Below, one piece after another: positions 1 to 11,798 of a DNA stretch of 64,000 nt (the stretch's first letter is position 1; each line of letters starts with the position of its first letter). The notes beneath the pieces were generated by a model that did no database searches, was not told the DNA's origin, and worked only from the letters and a program-made list of their open reading frames with translations. The stretch spans positions 5,155,366 to 5,219,365 of the forward strand of contig MU056050.1 in NCBI GenBank assembly GCA_013239625.1. The letters run 5' to 3'. The translations under genes and the position numbers were made by a program. This DNA is from Lama guanicoe. Taxonomy: Eukaryota.

Positions 1-228
1 CTTTGTATTTTCACCATGTGCAATAACATTAGATGCTTAGTTCAAGATAGTGGCTTGAGCATACACTGTCTCTAAAATCCTTTGTAATAATGAGCTATGA
101 GAAATTAATGTTTTGGTAACAGCAGTATAGCACTAGGAATATTATCAGCAGACTAGGAATTGTGAAGATTTTCTCAAAAATATATTAATCAGAAAATGTT
201 AGACTGAAAAAGAAACAAATGTCAAAAA

Positions 229-276
229 CGTGTGTGTGTGTATATATATATACACACGCACGCACACATATACACA
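229..276. repeat. Compound (TG)/(TA)/(CA) microsatellite
   Basis: Visible dinucleotide runs. Confidence 0.85.
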
Positions 277-324
277 GAATTTTACACATTTTACACTAAA
301 GACATGCATAGTCAATTTTGTTAA

Positions 325-1360
325 ATAACATCAGTGAAAATAGCAACTTACGGAAATCCAAAAGTCTATCCTTCCACAAAAGTAATAAATAGATAAAACT
401 ATCAAACATTTTTGGAAGTGTGGAATCTAACCCAAAACTTAACAGCAACCAGGGATCTCTTAATCAAGAAAATATAGGTGAATCTTAGTAAAAGAGCTTC
501 ATGGTATTTTGACTTACCCTGGTAACCTTTCTCAGCTTCTGTTTGACAGTGGCTTGAAGACAATAACTGGCATTACCAGTACAGCTATGTTAAACCAGAG
601 AGAGCAAAATGGACCTTAGTCTCAAAAAAAAAAGTGTTTGTTGTTTTGGACCCATCTTGTGGGTTGCTAAAGGACTGTATCAAAAGACTTGTCTTTATTT
701 TGCCTTACTTGGAACTTTCTAAAGGCTAAGGAAGCTACCAAGGGGGAGGGGACATTTGTGGGAAATATTTAAAAACAGATGTATTAACTGCTACTTATTG
801 AGTGAACTAGTACCAGTTGGGGGAAAAAATAGTCGAACCAAAATCTTAAGAGAAAGGCTAGAGAATGAGATGCTTTGGGAAATGAGGACTTTGAAAAAGT
901 TACACATATTCCTAGAAATCTAGAAGGTCATGTGCATGCCAAGGGCTGGGTGCATGTTCATAAAAATATGAAAAGGTTCTAAGCTCCTACTTATTGCTAA
1001 ATGTCAGGGTTTGTGCAAATAAGAATTGAAGGTTAAGGCAGAATTGTAAACTCCTTGCTGTGCACTGAAGGTATGTCCCAACACTCATGTAGAGCCAAGC
1101 TGTAAAGACTGGTAGATTGTCTGGGTTCCAGACATTTAGAAAATCTCTATTCAGTAACTAGCTAACTGCTAAATTAATGGAACTGAGACTTCAGTAATGA
1201 CATTAAAAATAATGTAGAATTTATGAAATTTGTTCTTAAAATCCCTAAACAAAACAAAACAGTACAAAACAATCATCAACAACAAACTCAGGGAAGGAAG
1301 AAAAATCTGATTTCCAGAGTTGCACATTGTAATATTCAAAATACACAGTTTTTAACCAAA
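325..1360 (+). mobile_element. Ancient L1 (L1MB/L1M-type) 5' UTR region
   Basis: Start (catcagtgaaaatagc...) parallels the L1 5' start at 11045; ends in 'aatctgatttccagagttgcacattgtaatattcaaaat', typical pre-ORF1 sequence of old L1s (recalled). Confidence 0.6.
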
Positions 1361-1364
1361 ATAA

Positions 1365-1630
1365 AACTACTGCACGATTTCAGTTATATGAGGTATCTAA
1401 AGTAGTTAAATCCATAGAAACAGAAAGTAGAATGGTATATACCAGGGTCTGGGGGAGTGGGGGAGGGAAGGAGACTTGTTTAATGGGAATACAATTTCAG
1501 ATTTGCAAGATGGAAATTTTCTGACGATCTGTTCCACAACAATGTGAACAGGCATAATACTCCTGAACTCTACATTTAAAAATGGCTAAGATAGTAAATT
1601 TTATGTGCTTTTCACCACAGTAAAAAAAAA
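1365..1630 (+). mobile_element. L1MB-type 3' end with poly(A)
   Basis: 'atccatagaaacagaaagtagaatgg...aaaatggctaagatagtaaattttatg...caccacagt' followed by an A run. Confidence 0.8.
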
Positions 1631-2955
1631 TCTAATCTTTATTAAGGAGCTATAAAAAGAACAAATTAAACACAAAGCAGGCAGAAGGACAGAAATGAAA
1701 ATGACTAGCGTATAGATAAACCAAATAAAAACAATGGAGATAATCAACAAAACCAAGGTTAGTTCTTTGATAAGATCACCACATTGGCAAACCATTAGAT
1801 AAAGTGAAGAAGAAAAATTGAGAAGTGTTAAATTACTAAAATTAGGACTGAAAGTAGGGACATTACTGACAGTAAGAAATAAAAGGGATTAAAAGAGAAC
1901 ACTATGAATATTTGTATGCTGGCATATAGATAATGTAGACCAAAAGGACAAAGTTCTTTAAATGGGAAAAGTACCAAAACTGACTCAAAAATAAATAGAA
2001 AATCTCAATAGACCCGTATATAGGATAGAGATTAATTATAAAAACTTCCAAGACATAAAATCCTAAGCCAAGATGGTTACGCTGATAAATGCCACCAAAC
2101 ATTTAAAGAAGAATAAATGCCAATTCTTCACAAAATCTTCCAGGAATTCAACACAGGAACAAACACTTTCCGACTCCTTCTATGAGGCTATAATTACACT
2201 GATACCAAAACTACACACAAATACACCAAAAGAAAGTACAAGAAAAGACAAATCTCTTATAAATATAGATATAAAAATCATTAACAATATACTAACAAGC
2301 CAAACCTAGCAATATATGAAAAGAATTAAGCACCAAGTATAATTTATCCCAAGCATGCAAGGTTAATTTAATATATGAAAATCAATTAATGTAATACACC
2401 ATATAAACAGAATACAGGCAAAAACCACATAATCATCTCAATAGAAATTGAAAAAAATATTTGAGAAAAATTCAACACTCCTTCATAATAAAAAAAATCA
2501 TTTAAACTAGAATTAAAAAGAAACTTCAACATGATAAACTGACATCTCTGTAAACATACAGTTAATATCACACTTAATGATGAAATAAATCCTTTCCCTT
2601 TAAGATCCAGAACTGTTCTTACCACTTAGCTTCAACAACATATTAGAAATTCTAGCCATAAAAATTATGTGAGAAATGAAATAATGCACATCCATACTAA
2701 AATGAAGGCGTCAAAGTACTTCTATTTGCAGATGCAATGAACTTATATCTAGAAAATCCTAAAGAATCCATACAAAAAGTAGTAGAGCTAATAAGCAAGT
2801 TCAGCAAATTTGCAGGGCACAGAATCCACATATAAATATCAGTTATATTTCTATAGAATAGCATGAATAATCCAAAAATACAATTAAGGAAACAAATCCA
2901 TTTACAGTAACATTGAAAATAATAAAATACTTAGAAATATTTTTAAACCAGGAGG
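1631..2955 (+). mobile_element. Decayed L1 ORF2 (Z and RT domains)
   Basis: ORF 2073..2309 contains SFYEAIITLIPK...SLINIDIKIINNIL; 'ctatttgcagatgc' is a decayed FADD motif near 2725. Confidence 0.9.
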
Positions 2956-3624
2956 TGTCAGGAACTCAGCTGTGCTAGAAAGAGCTGATCGGTCATGTGT
3001 CAGAGATCAGCCAAAATGGAAACAACAGTAAAATCTTGAAACACATACTGTGATGGCATAAACAAGAGGCTAAGACCTAAGAAAGCACTGATTTTTCCCC
3101 TGGTTCATTCTTCCCCATGGAATGGCACACTGGTCAAGGCTCAGATGGCTCAGCAGAGACAGGGATGTGACCCTATTTCTGAGGGAGCATGGAACAAAGA
3201 GCTTTTGCAGGTTTATGGACCCAGGGGCCATCGAAAGAGGAATGGCTAAGAGTTAAAAAAAACATTCTGAGTACTGAGTCAGAATAGGGAAAGTTGCCTT
3301 CAAGGTTTTCCCCTCTCCCCTGATAAGGAGGCCTTGACAGACATACTTGAAGTAAATCCAGCCAAGGACCTCAGATAAAGACCTAGGAAGGCGGACATTG
3401 ACCTGGGAATGCAAGTATGTGAAGAAGAGCATGACAGGCCAGGTGGACTTGAGTCCCTGACTGCAGTCTCACTAAGACACTGTAATTTGTTGGCTGTGCA
3501 TGAGGTCTGGTGTGGAAAGGGCACCATTTCCTCGATGAGCACTGCCAGGTAAAACCTATGTAATTGCTTATGGTTGGGTCTGGAAAATCACACAAAGGCC
3601 TTTGGCCCGGAACCAGACTCCTCA
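2956..3624 (-). mobile_element. Solo LTR (669 bp, family unassigned) inserted in L1 ORF2
   Basis: TG...CA termini; 5-bp TSD ggagg (2951-2955)/ggatg (3625-3629); L1 ORF2 resumes at 3630. Strand is tentative. Confidence 0.7.
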
Positions 3625-3670
3625 GGATGTTGAAGACACACACACTGAAAACAATGAAATATTGTTGAAA

Positions 3671-4870
3671 TAAGACAAGACACTACAAACCTCTTAGAAG
3701 AAAACACAGGTGAAACATTCTCTGACATGAATCTTAGCAATGTTCTCTTAGGGCAGTCTACCCAGGCAATAGAAATAAAAGCAAAAATGAACAAACGGGA
3801 CCTAATTAAACTTAGAAGGTTTTGCACAGCAAAGGAAAACAACCTATGAAATGGGAGGAAAATATTTGCAAAAGATGAGACTGACAAGAGCTTAATTTTT
3901 AGAATATATAAACAACTCATACAACTTAATAAGAAAAGACAAACTCAATCGAAAACTGGGCAGAAGACATAAACAAGCATTTCTCCAATGAAGACATACA
4001 CATGGCCAATAGGCACATGAAAAAATGCTAAATACTGCTAATTATCAGGGAAATACAAATCAAAACTACAATGAGGTAGCACTTCACACCAGTCAGAATA
4101 GCCATCATTCAAAAGTCCATAAATGATAAATGCTGGAGAGGGTGTGGAGAAAAGGGAACCCTCCTACACTGCTGGTGGGAATGCAGTTTGGTGCAGCCGT
4201 TATGGAAAACACTATGGAGAGTCCTCAAAAATCTAAAAATAGAATTACCATATGATCCAGCAATCCCACTCCTGGGCATATATCCAGAGAGAAGTTTAAT
4301 TCAAAGAGATACATGCACCCCAATGTTCACAGCAGCACTATTTACAATAGCCAAGACATGGAAACAGCCTAAATGTCCATTGACAGATGACTGGATAAAG
4401 AAGCAGTGGTATATTTATACAATGGAATACTACTCAGCCATAAAAAGAATAAAATAATGCCATTTATACCAACATGGATGGACTTGAAGATTGTCATTCT
4501 AAGTGACATAAGCCACAAAGAGAAAGAAAAATACCATTTGATATCACTTATATGGGGAATCAAAAAAAAAGATAAATGAACTTATTTACAAAGCAGAAAC
4601 ACAAAGATACAGAAAACAAACTTATGGTTACTGGGGGGAAGGGATAAATTGGGAGTGTGAGATTTACAGATACGAACTACCATATATAAAATACATAAAC
4701 AACAAGTTTTTACTCTATTCCACAGAGAAGTATATTCAATATTGTGTAGTGACCTATAATGAAAAAGAATATGAAAATATATGTATGTATATGTATGACT
4801 GAACTGTTATGCTGTACACCAGAAGTTGCTACAACATTGACTATAATTCAATAAAAACAAAACAACAACA
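3671..4870 (+). mobile_element. Young 5'-truncated L1 (ORF2 C-terminus, 3' UTR, A-rich tail)
   Basis: ORF 4188..4457 is L1 ORF2p C-terminus ([15 protein letters not shown]...TPMFTAALFTIAKTWKQPKCP); cetartiodactyl-type 3' UTR. Confidence 0.95.
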
Positions 4871-4874
4871 GCAA

Positions 4875-5181
4875 GAAACCCAGTAAGATATCACTTCACA
4901 TCCTTTAGGATAGCTAATTTTTTTTTTAATGGAAGTTAACATTTGCTGGCAACTATGTGGAGAAAGTGAAGCCCTAATTCTAAAATTAAATAATAGTATT
5001 AAACAAAACCAAATGACCCAGCAATTCTAGTCCTAACTATAAACCCAGGAGAATTGAAAAATATATCTTCCTACAAAAACTTGCACATGGATGTTCATAG
5101 CACTATTCATAATAGCCAAAAAGTGAAAAGAAGCCAAATGTCCATCAATTCATGAATGGATTAAACAAAATAGAATATCCT
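4875..5181 (+). mobile_element. Old L1 ORF2 C-terminal fragment (resumes at about 5585-5637)
   Basis: 'gacccagcaattctagtcc', 'ctattcataatagccaaaaagtg...ccaaatgtccatc'. Confidence 0.8.
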
Positions 5182-5584
5182 GGCAGGCTGCCAAGGTGGC
5201 AGAGTAGAAGGAGCTGGAACTTACCTCCTCTCACAGACACACCAAGATCACAGCTAAGTGTGGAACAACAAATCTTACTTAAAAACCAATAATAGACTCA
5301 TGGATATAGAAAACAAACTATGGTTACAAAGGGGAAAGGGTGGGGGAGGGATAAATTAGGAGTTTGGAATTAACAGATACACATTACTATATATAAAATA
5401 GACAAACAACAAAGACCTACTGTATAGTACAGGAAACTATATTTAGTTTCTTGTAATAACATATAATGGAAAGTAATCTGAATAAAAAATATACATGTAT
5501 GTATATGTATACCTGAATGACTTTGCTGTATACCTGAAACTAACATTGCAAATCAACTACACCTCAGTAAAAAATAAAATTATA
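5182..5584 (+). mobile_element. Bipartite mini-L1: ~87 bp L1 5' terminus joined to ~315 bp 3' UTR and tail
   Basis: Begins 'ccaaggtggcagagtagaaggagctggaacttacctcctctcac' (YY1-like L1 start), switches near 5268 to 3' UTR; imperfect TSD. Confidence 0.65.
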
Positions 5585-5637
5585 AAACAAACCATATCCA
5601 TATAATGGAATATTATTCTGCCATAAAAGAAGGATAT

Positions 5638-5662
5638 NNNNNNNNNNNNNNNNNNNNNNNNN
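5638..5662. other. Assembly gap (25 N), followed by a TA-rich low-complexity tract to about 5780
   Basis: N run in the sequence. Confidence 1.
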
Positions 5663-5781
5663 ATATATATATGTATATTTTTATATATATATGTATATTT
5701 TGTATATTTGTATACAAATATACATATATTTGTATATATGTATATATATGTATATTTTATACATATATATATATGTATAAA

Positions 5782-6665
5782 AATAATGGAATATTACTCA
5801 GCTATAGAAAGCAAAAATTTGCCATGTAAAACAACATGGATGGATCTAGAAGGTCTTATGCTTACTGAAATAAGTCAGACAGAAAAATAAATACCATATA
5901 ATTTCACTTATATGTGGAATATAAAAAACCAAACCAAACAAATGAACACACAAAAGACAAACAGACTCATAGATGTAGAGAACAGACAGGTGTTTGCCAG
6001 AGGTGAAGGGTCTGGGGCAATGAGTGAAATATGTGAGGGGGATTTAGAGGTACAAACTTCCAGTTATAAAATAAATGAGTCCTAGGGATGAAATGTACAG
6101 AGTGGGGATAATAGTCAATAATGGTATAACTTTGGTGACAGATGGTTAACTAGACTTAATGTGGTGATCATTCTGTAATATACGGAAATAAATCAGTCTG
6201 TTGTGCAAAAGGAACTAACACAGAGTTGTAGGCAAACTGTATTTCAAAAACCAAAGAAACTCATAGAAAAGGAGATCAGATTTGTGGTTACCAGAAGTGG
6301 AAGGGTGCAGAAAGGAGGAAACAGGTGAAGGTGGTCAAAAGGTACAGATTTCTAGTTATAAGATAAATACTAGAGATGTAATGTATAACATGACTAATAT
6401 AATTAACACTGCTATATGCTATATATCAAAGTTGTTAAGAGAGTAAATCCTAAGAGTTCTCATCACAAGGAAAAACCTTTTTTCTACTTCTTTAATTTTA
6501 TAACTATATGAAATGATGGATGTTCACTAAACTTATTTTCGTGATTATTTCATGATGTATATAAGTCAAATCATTATGCTGTACACCTTAAAATTGTGCA
6601 GTGCTGTATGTCAATGATATCTCAACAAATAAAACTGGAAAGGAAAACAAAGGAAAAAGCAATAA
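5782..6665 (+). mobile_element. L1MA9-like laurasiatherian L1 3' end with two tandem 3' UTR modules
   Basis: 'actcataga...ggtaca(a/g)a(c/t)tt(c)(c/t)agttataa' occurs twice (about 5966-6070 and 6259-6362). Confidence 0.8.
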
Positions 6666-6679
6666 AAATTCACTAAAAA

Positions 6680-7040
6680 TGTTAGGAGTTAGTTTTTCTG
6701 TTACATAAAAGAAGAGTGGCCATAGAGGGTCAAGGAAAGATGCATGATCAGTGTTCGTCTCTTTCCAGTGCTCCTGTTTCCTGGCTTTAGACCCTGCCCC
6801 TTATCCTTCACTCTCAAAATGGTCATCAGTTCGCCAGCTCTCATATTCACGTTGTAGACAGAAACGAAAATAAATAATAAAAACAACAGATGCCAATTAA
6901 TTGTACTCCTTGGCAACAACTTCCACTAACACCTTTTTGGATAGGACTTTGTCACGTAGTACAAACTGCTTTGCAATGGAGATAGAAAAATGCATTTTTC
7001 ATATTGTGCCTGTTGCTGTTCTCAAAAATATAAGGACTAT
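6680..7040 (-). mobile_element. Old MLT1-like (ERVL-MaLR) LTR remnant
   Basis: Degenerate 'acttccactaacacc...ggataggactttgtcacgtag...tgcaatggagatagaaaaatg'. Confidence 0.4.
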
Positions 7041-7652
7041 GTAAGTAATTACTGTCAGAGAAGGTAAGCAGGTGGGTATCTGTTTAAGACATAAGTTATT
7101 CATTAAAATTTATTATATGAATAAGAAGAATGAATGAATATATGTATGTATCTTATCCAGTATCTTTCCTTTTTTTTTTTTCTGTTTGAAAACTTATTTC
7201 TAAAAGTTGAAAAGCTACTTTTTGCTGCAGCCCTTATAACACTCCTGCAGAAACCAAAGGCCCCTGGGTGAAATTTGGGGGAAAAAACATGGGCCTAGTC
7301 CTTTCTGTTTGTTTTCTAGATTAAAACTAAACATTGTCTTATCTGACTCTAGCAACAACACTTTGGTGAAAATTAAGTAGGTATTCTGGATCGTAATGAA
7401 ATTCATGTCCAAGGTGTAATATGAGTTATTCAAAGTCAAGGATGTGTAGAGTGGAAATTAGCAAGTCTTTTGCCTATCCATTTAAACATTTTCCACCATA
7501 TTAGAACAGCCATCTCAAATACGAAAGGAAAATATATAAATTACACTTCAGTTTTAACAAATCTGAAAGGTTTAGATTGTTTTTTGTATATAACTATATA
7601 GTGACTTGAATTCTGACTTGAAATCTACCTTTACTTCAATGTAAGACTCAAT

Positions 7653-7775
7653 ATTTTAATGAGATATAATTGACACATAACATTGTATAAGTTTAAGGTG
7701 TAGAAATTGATTTCATACATTTATATTGCAATATAATTGACATTGTAGCATTAGCTAACACTTCTATTACATCAC
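7653..7775 (-). mobile_element. Short L1MA-type 3' tail
   Basis: 'gagatataattgacacataacattgtataagtttaaggtgta'. Confidence 0.75.
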
Positions 7776-7794
7776 AAACACTCATAATTTAATA

Positions 7795-7975
7795 CAGTGG
7801 TTCTTAAAGTAAGGTAGATAGACAAGCAACATTGGTATCACCTGGAACTTGTTAGTGATAAACATTCTCAGGCCTCTTCAAAAGCTAGTTAGAAAATTTG
7901 TTAGTGGGACTAGCAGTTTGTAAATTAACAACTCTTTCAGAGGATTCTGATACTCATGCTTTAATGGAGAGGAAT
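7795..7975. mobile_element. MER5A-like hAT-Charlie MITE
   Basis: Starts cagtggttcttaaagt; contains 'cacctggaacttgttag...attctcaggcc' and 'ggattctgat'. Confidence 0.7.
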
Positions 7976-8365
7976 TTATTGTAATGTTGTTACCTTTTTC
8001 TCCTAATAGAATAACCTCCCCTTTCTCTATCCATCTTTTCAAATCATAACCACCCTTCAAAGACTGACTTATACAGTATATGTGTATTATATTATTTCAT
8101 TCAGCTATTCCTTGTGCTCTGCTGTAACTGGCCTTGAATAACTGCTATTGTTATTGTCTACCCATACTCTCCTTCTGAGGTCAAAAGCTGAGTATTTATG
8201 GGACCTGCATGCCCCTGGACACCCGGGTTAACCTTGAAGGATGCTGGCTCCTATGTCTGCCCATTCTCACGTCGGAGTCATTGTTCGTCAGATTTCCTGT
8301 TTCATAGGGCTTTGTATTCTTTCTTATATGTGGAATTCTTAGGTATAAAAATACTTAATAATTTC

Positions 8366-8540
8366 ATTCTCCCTGTCTCTCTCTCCTCCCTCTCTACTCT
8401 CCTCCTCTTTCCCATACCCTCATCTCCCTCTCCTTCCCTTCTCTCAAGAAAGTAAAACTTTCAGGAATGAGAAGGGGAAAAAATACATATCAATCTCATT
8501 CTCTCTCCCATTCTCTCTCTCTCTCTCTCTCTCTTCTCCT
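8366..8540. repeat. CT-rich low-complexity tracts and (CT)n
   Basis: Visible pyrimidine runs. Confidence 0.8.
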
Positions 8541-9004
8541 TATTCTTGAAGGTTTTACTTAGCAATTTGACAACTCTGCCATAAAGCAAATACTGAGTTT
8601 GTTTATAGAGGGAACAAGATATGTGCAAATATATTAGTGAGGTTCCAACTTGCAATTCTCTGGCAGACAAAAAATAATTCACTGCTTAAATGCTTTTGTG
8701 ATCCTAAGAAAAGGATTTTTGTAAGACATATTAAGGAAGACTTTGTGAGAAAATGTAACATATAAACAATCCACACATAGTTATGAAATCCGAGCACATC
8801 ATGTCCTACTACCAGGCAACCACAACTGCATTAAATAGATAAGGGGAAATCAATGGAAGCAAATGAATTTTTAGTTGGAAATTGAATTGCAAACATGACC
8901 GACATTTGCACTATAATATAGATGTTCTACAATCTAAGTATAGTCACATTTGTTACTCTGCTTTAATTTTCTTAACATTTAACACTTTTATAATGTATAA
9001 TTGT

Positions 9005-9140
9005 TGTATTATCTGTCTCTATGCTCAAATGTGAGCCATATGCGTACAGAGGATAGTTTTTCTTCATTGTTATATCCTCAACACCTAGAAAAATGCCTGA
9101 CTCATAGTTTGAACCCAATAGATATATGTTGCATGAATGA
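9005..9140 (+). mobile_element. L2 3' end
   Basis: 'cacctagaaaaatgcctgactcatag...atatatgttgcatgaatgaa'. Confidence 0.7.
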
Positions 9141-10699
9141 AAGATGAGAGAATGGTGGTAACCCTTGAAGTTAAGATGTAATTTCTTTAGAAATCTTAAA
9201 ATATCTTCTAATTTTTTTTTTATTCTCAAAATGCTAATCTGATTGATACCAATGATGATTAAAACACATCTTAATGACAGTGACAAGCCTAAAGATAGGT
9301 AATGAAACATCATGAACACCAATATGCCTGCTTCTGGGCCAGTCATACTGGCACTTGACAATAGTCATTATGATTTAGAGTAATTTAAACTAACTCAATA
9401 AACCATTATTGAATATATTCTTTCAACCTCTGGTTTTATGGAGCAATAACAAAAATTGGGAGATATTATTTTAATTATCTATTTCAACTGCAAGGCAAAA
9501 TATAAGTTTCAAAGGCAGTTTTGTTTTTTTCTAAGGATTTTTTGAATAATTAAAGCTTTTAGAGGTAATCTGACAACATGAAGCCAAATTTTCATACTAA
9601 ATAATAATATTAATGCTTTGCTGAAAGTTCAAACTCATATTAGAAGTGTCCTACCAGGGAGGTAAATAACTCCAGATGAAGTTGAAATTGTTGATTGAAA
9701 CTGTATGCACACTATTATATCTTTGTTTGTCTTGAAATCCTGACCTTTTTATATAACTCTGAGTCCTTTGATATATTTGCCATTTACATGTAACAGTACT
9801 GTGATGTTTTGATTTTAGATATCTTGAAGATCAAAAGGAGGAATTTACAGTCTCTTTGCTTTCAAATGATTATTTGCTCTTCTATTTTCATTTATGTTTA
9901 TTCATTTATTTATTTGATCATTTATTTTCATTTATTTAACACCTCTCTTCACCAGGCACTGAGCTGGACACTAGAGCTGTCACTCAGAATACAAAGATGG
10001 ATACAAGTAGCAAGGGATGGGGCTGTCAGGGAGGAATGGGCCACATTATGAAGGACCTTAAGTGCTAAGGAAGGTTGGCATGATGCAGAAGTTACTAGCT
10101 ACTATTTGATATCTCAGCTATCTACTTATCAAAGCAGGTCTGTGACTTGTAGCATGTTATGCTACAAGTTGTGACTTGTAGCATGGCTCCGAGCTGATCC
10201 TCAAAGCCCTGATACTTCATAAATTTCAATTACAACCCAATCAGTGTGAGGGAAAGGCTCCGGGTCCCAGCATCTCCAATTAGTACACTTCCACTTTCAC
10301 CTGAATTGTATATTGCTATGGTGTATAATTCTTCTGAAGAAGAATTTCAGCCAAAACAAGACTTTTTTCTCTTGTTTTGGTTTTTCAAATGATTATTTTA
10401 AATGGAAAAATTTATAATGATCTGGCACAACATATCAGGCAATTTCCCCGTGAGACCACGATTAATTTGTACCTAAATAGTCATCATACCATGAATAACT
10501 AGAAAGCTGACTAAAAAGTAAGAAGCAAATATGTTTTAGGCTTTGGAAAATAGTGCATGACTGTGTTTCATGAGAAAATCAAAACAAATGAGATGAGCAC
10601 TACTATTGTCCTGAATTTCTGCCTCACTCTGGCTGGGAGAGGGGGTGCCCAAGCAAGGGACAAAGGTCTCATTGAGCAAAGGAGAGAGGATTTGGGAGC

Positions 10700-11044
10700 T
10701 CATAGAAACTGACATACCTAGAATAAGCAGGGCCAAGTAAGAGAGAAAATGTAGATATGCAGAGAAAGTGCTCTCAAACCTGAGTAGTTTGAATTGAGTA
10801 TCTGAATAAAATATTACCAGTTCTTAGGGGTAAGTTTCCATTGGAGCAGGCAAAGAATACAATTGGGTAAAAACAAAAATAACTATCATGGAGTTCTATG
10901 TGGAAAAACTTCTACAAGCTTGCATTGGTTGGGAGATTTCTAGTTTCATGATCCAGGTTGAAGAGACATTTTTCAATATCCAAGATATGCAGTAAATATC
11001 ACAAGAAGTCACACCTTAGGAAAGAGCACAAAACCAGCCCTAGA
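10700..11044 (+). mobile_element. Probable old L1 5'-region fragment
   Basis: Degenerate similarity to recalled L1MC-type 5' sequence ('caccttaggaaagagcacaaaaccagccctaga'). Confidence 0.35.
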
Positions 11045-11359
11045 GGTGATGTTACTGAAAATGGCGGAGTAGGGAACTCGAAAATTCTGTTCATTCACTA
11101 AACTAGCAATTAAACTGGCAAAAATTTGCAGAATCAACTTTTCTCAGAAATCTAGATTCTAAGTAAAAACTTACAGCAGTAAAGAAAATGCTAAATGAAG
11201 AAGGAAGCCACTAAATCTCAAGTGAGAGAGCACTGTGACATATTAACTTCCCTGCCGCCATTCCCCACTCCCTAGCTTGGTGCTGATGCCCGGAGGGAGG
11301 CCTGCATCCCTGACGCAGATTGCTAGTGCAGAGACAGGAGTACTCATGCTGTTCCTTCA

Positions 11360-11752
11360 TGAGATGGCCAGTCAGCTATAAGCACAAGTGAGGACACAGA
11401 ATACGTGCAGGAATTAGAGAGACAGAATCACCACATGCCATGAGGGGGCCTTGTCTGAGGGAGTACAATCAACCAAGCAGTTCGGGAGTTGAGGAAAAGA
11501 ATGAGGACTCATGGAAAAGTGCTTCTATTGAGAGTCAGGGTGGAGGAAGCAAGCAAAAGTCGCAAATGATTTCATCGGTGCATATGAATGACGCTAGATC
11601 ACAATCAGGGGAGGTCAAGAAACGGAACTTGTGGCAGGAGCTAGCCTTATCACACTGAAGTACCTTGGTCACCTAGGCAGGGGGCTCACAGCATATCTGT
11701 GGAGACGTTAAGGCAGCAGGAAAATACGAAGTTTTAAAACTTACAATAAAAT
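11360..11752 (-). mobile_element. ERVL-class LTR (MER54/MER74/MER88-like)
   Basis: Minus strand begins 'ttgtaagttttaaaacttcgtattttcctgctgccttaac' and ends '...ggccatctca'. Confidence 0.55.
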
Positions 11753-11798
11753 ACATATACATCCTATTGGTTCTGTTTCTTTGGAGAAAACTAAGACA
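11753..11798 (+). mobile_element. MLT2 LTR 3' terminal fragment
   Basis: 'catcctattggttctgtttctttggagaaaactaagaca'. Confidence 0.65.

Noticed and set aside
4188..4457. 89-aa ORF with protein-like composition
   Set aside because: L1 ORF2p C-terminus, not a host gene.
5600..5810. Apparent duplication of 'aatggaatatta...' across the gap
   Set aside because: Probably homologous parts of two different L1s, and the assembly gap makes the structure unreliable.
5940..6640. Tandem double L1 3' UTR as a novel duplication
   Set aside because: As I recall, this is a feature of a known laurasiatherian L1 subfamily consensus rather than a local event (not verified).
8972..9361. 129-aa minus-strand ORF
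   Set aside because: AT-rich composition, overlaps an L2 end, no domain.
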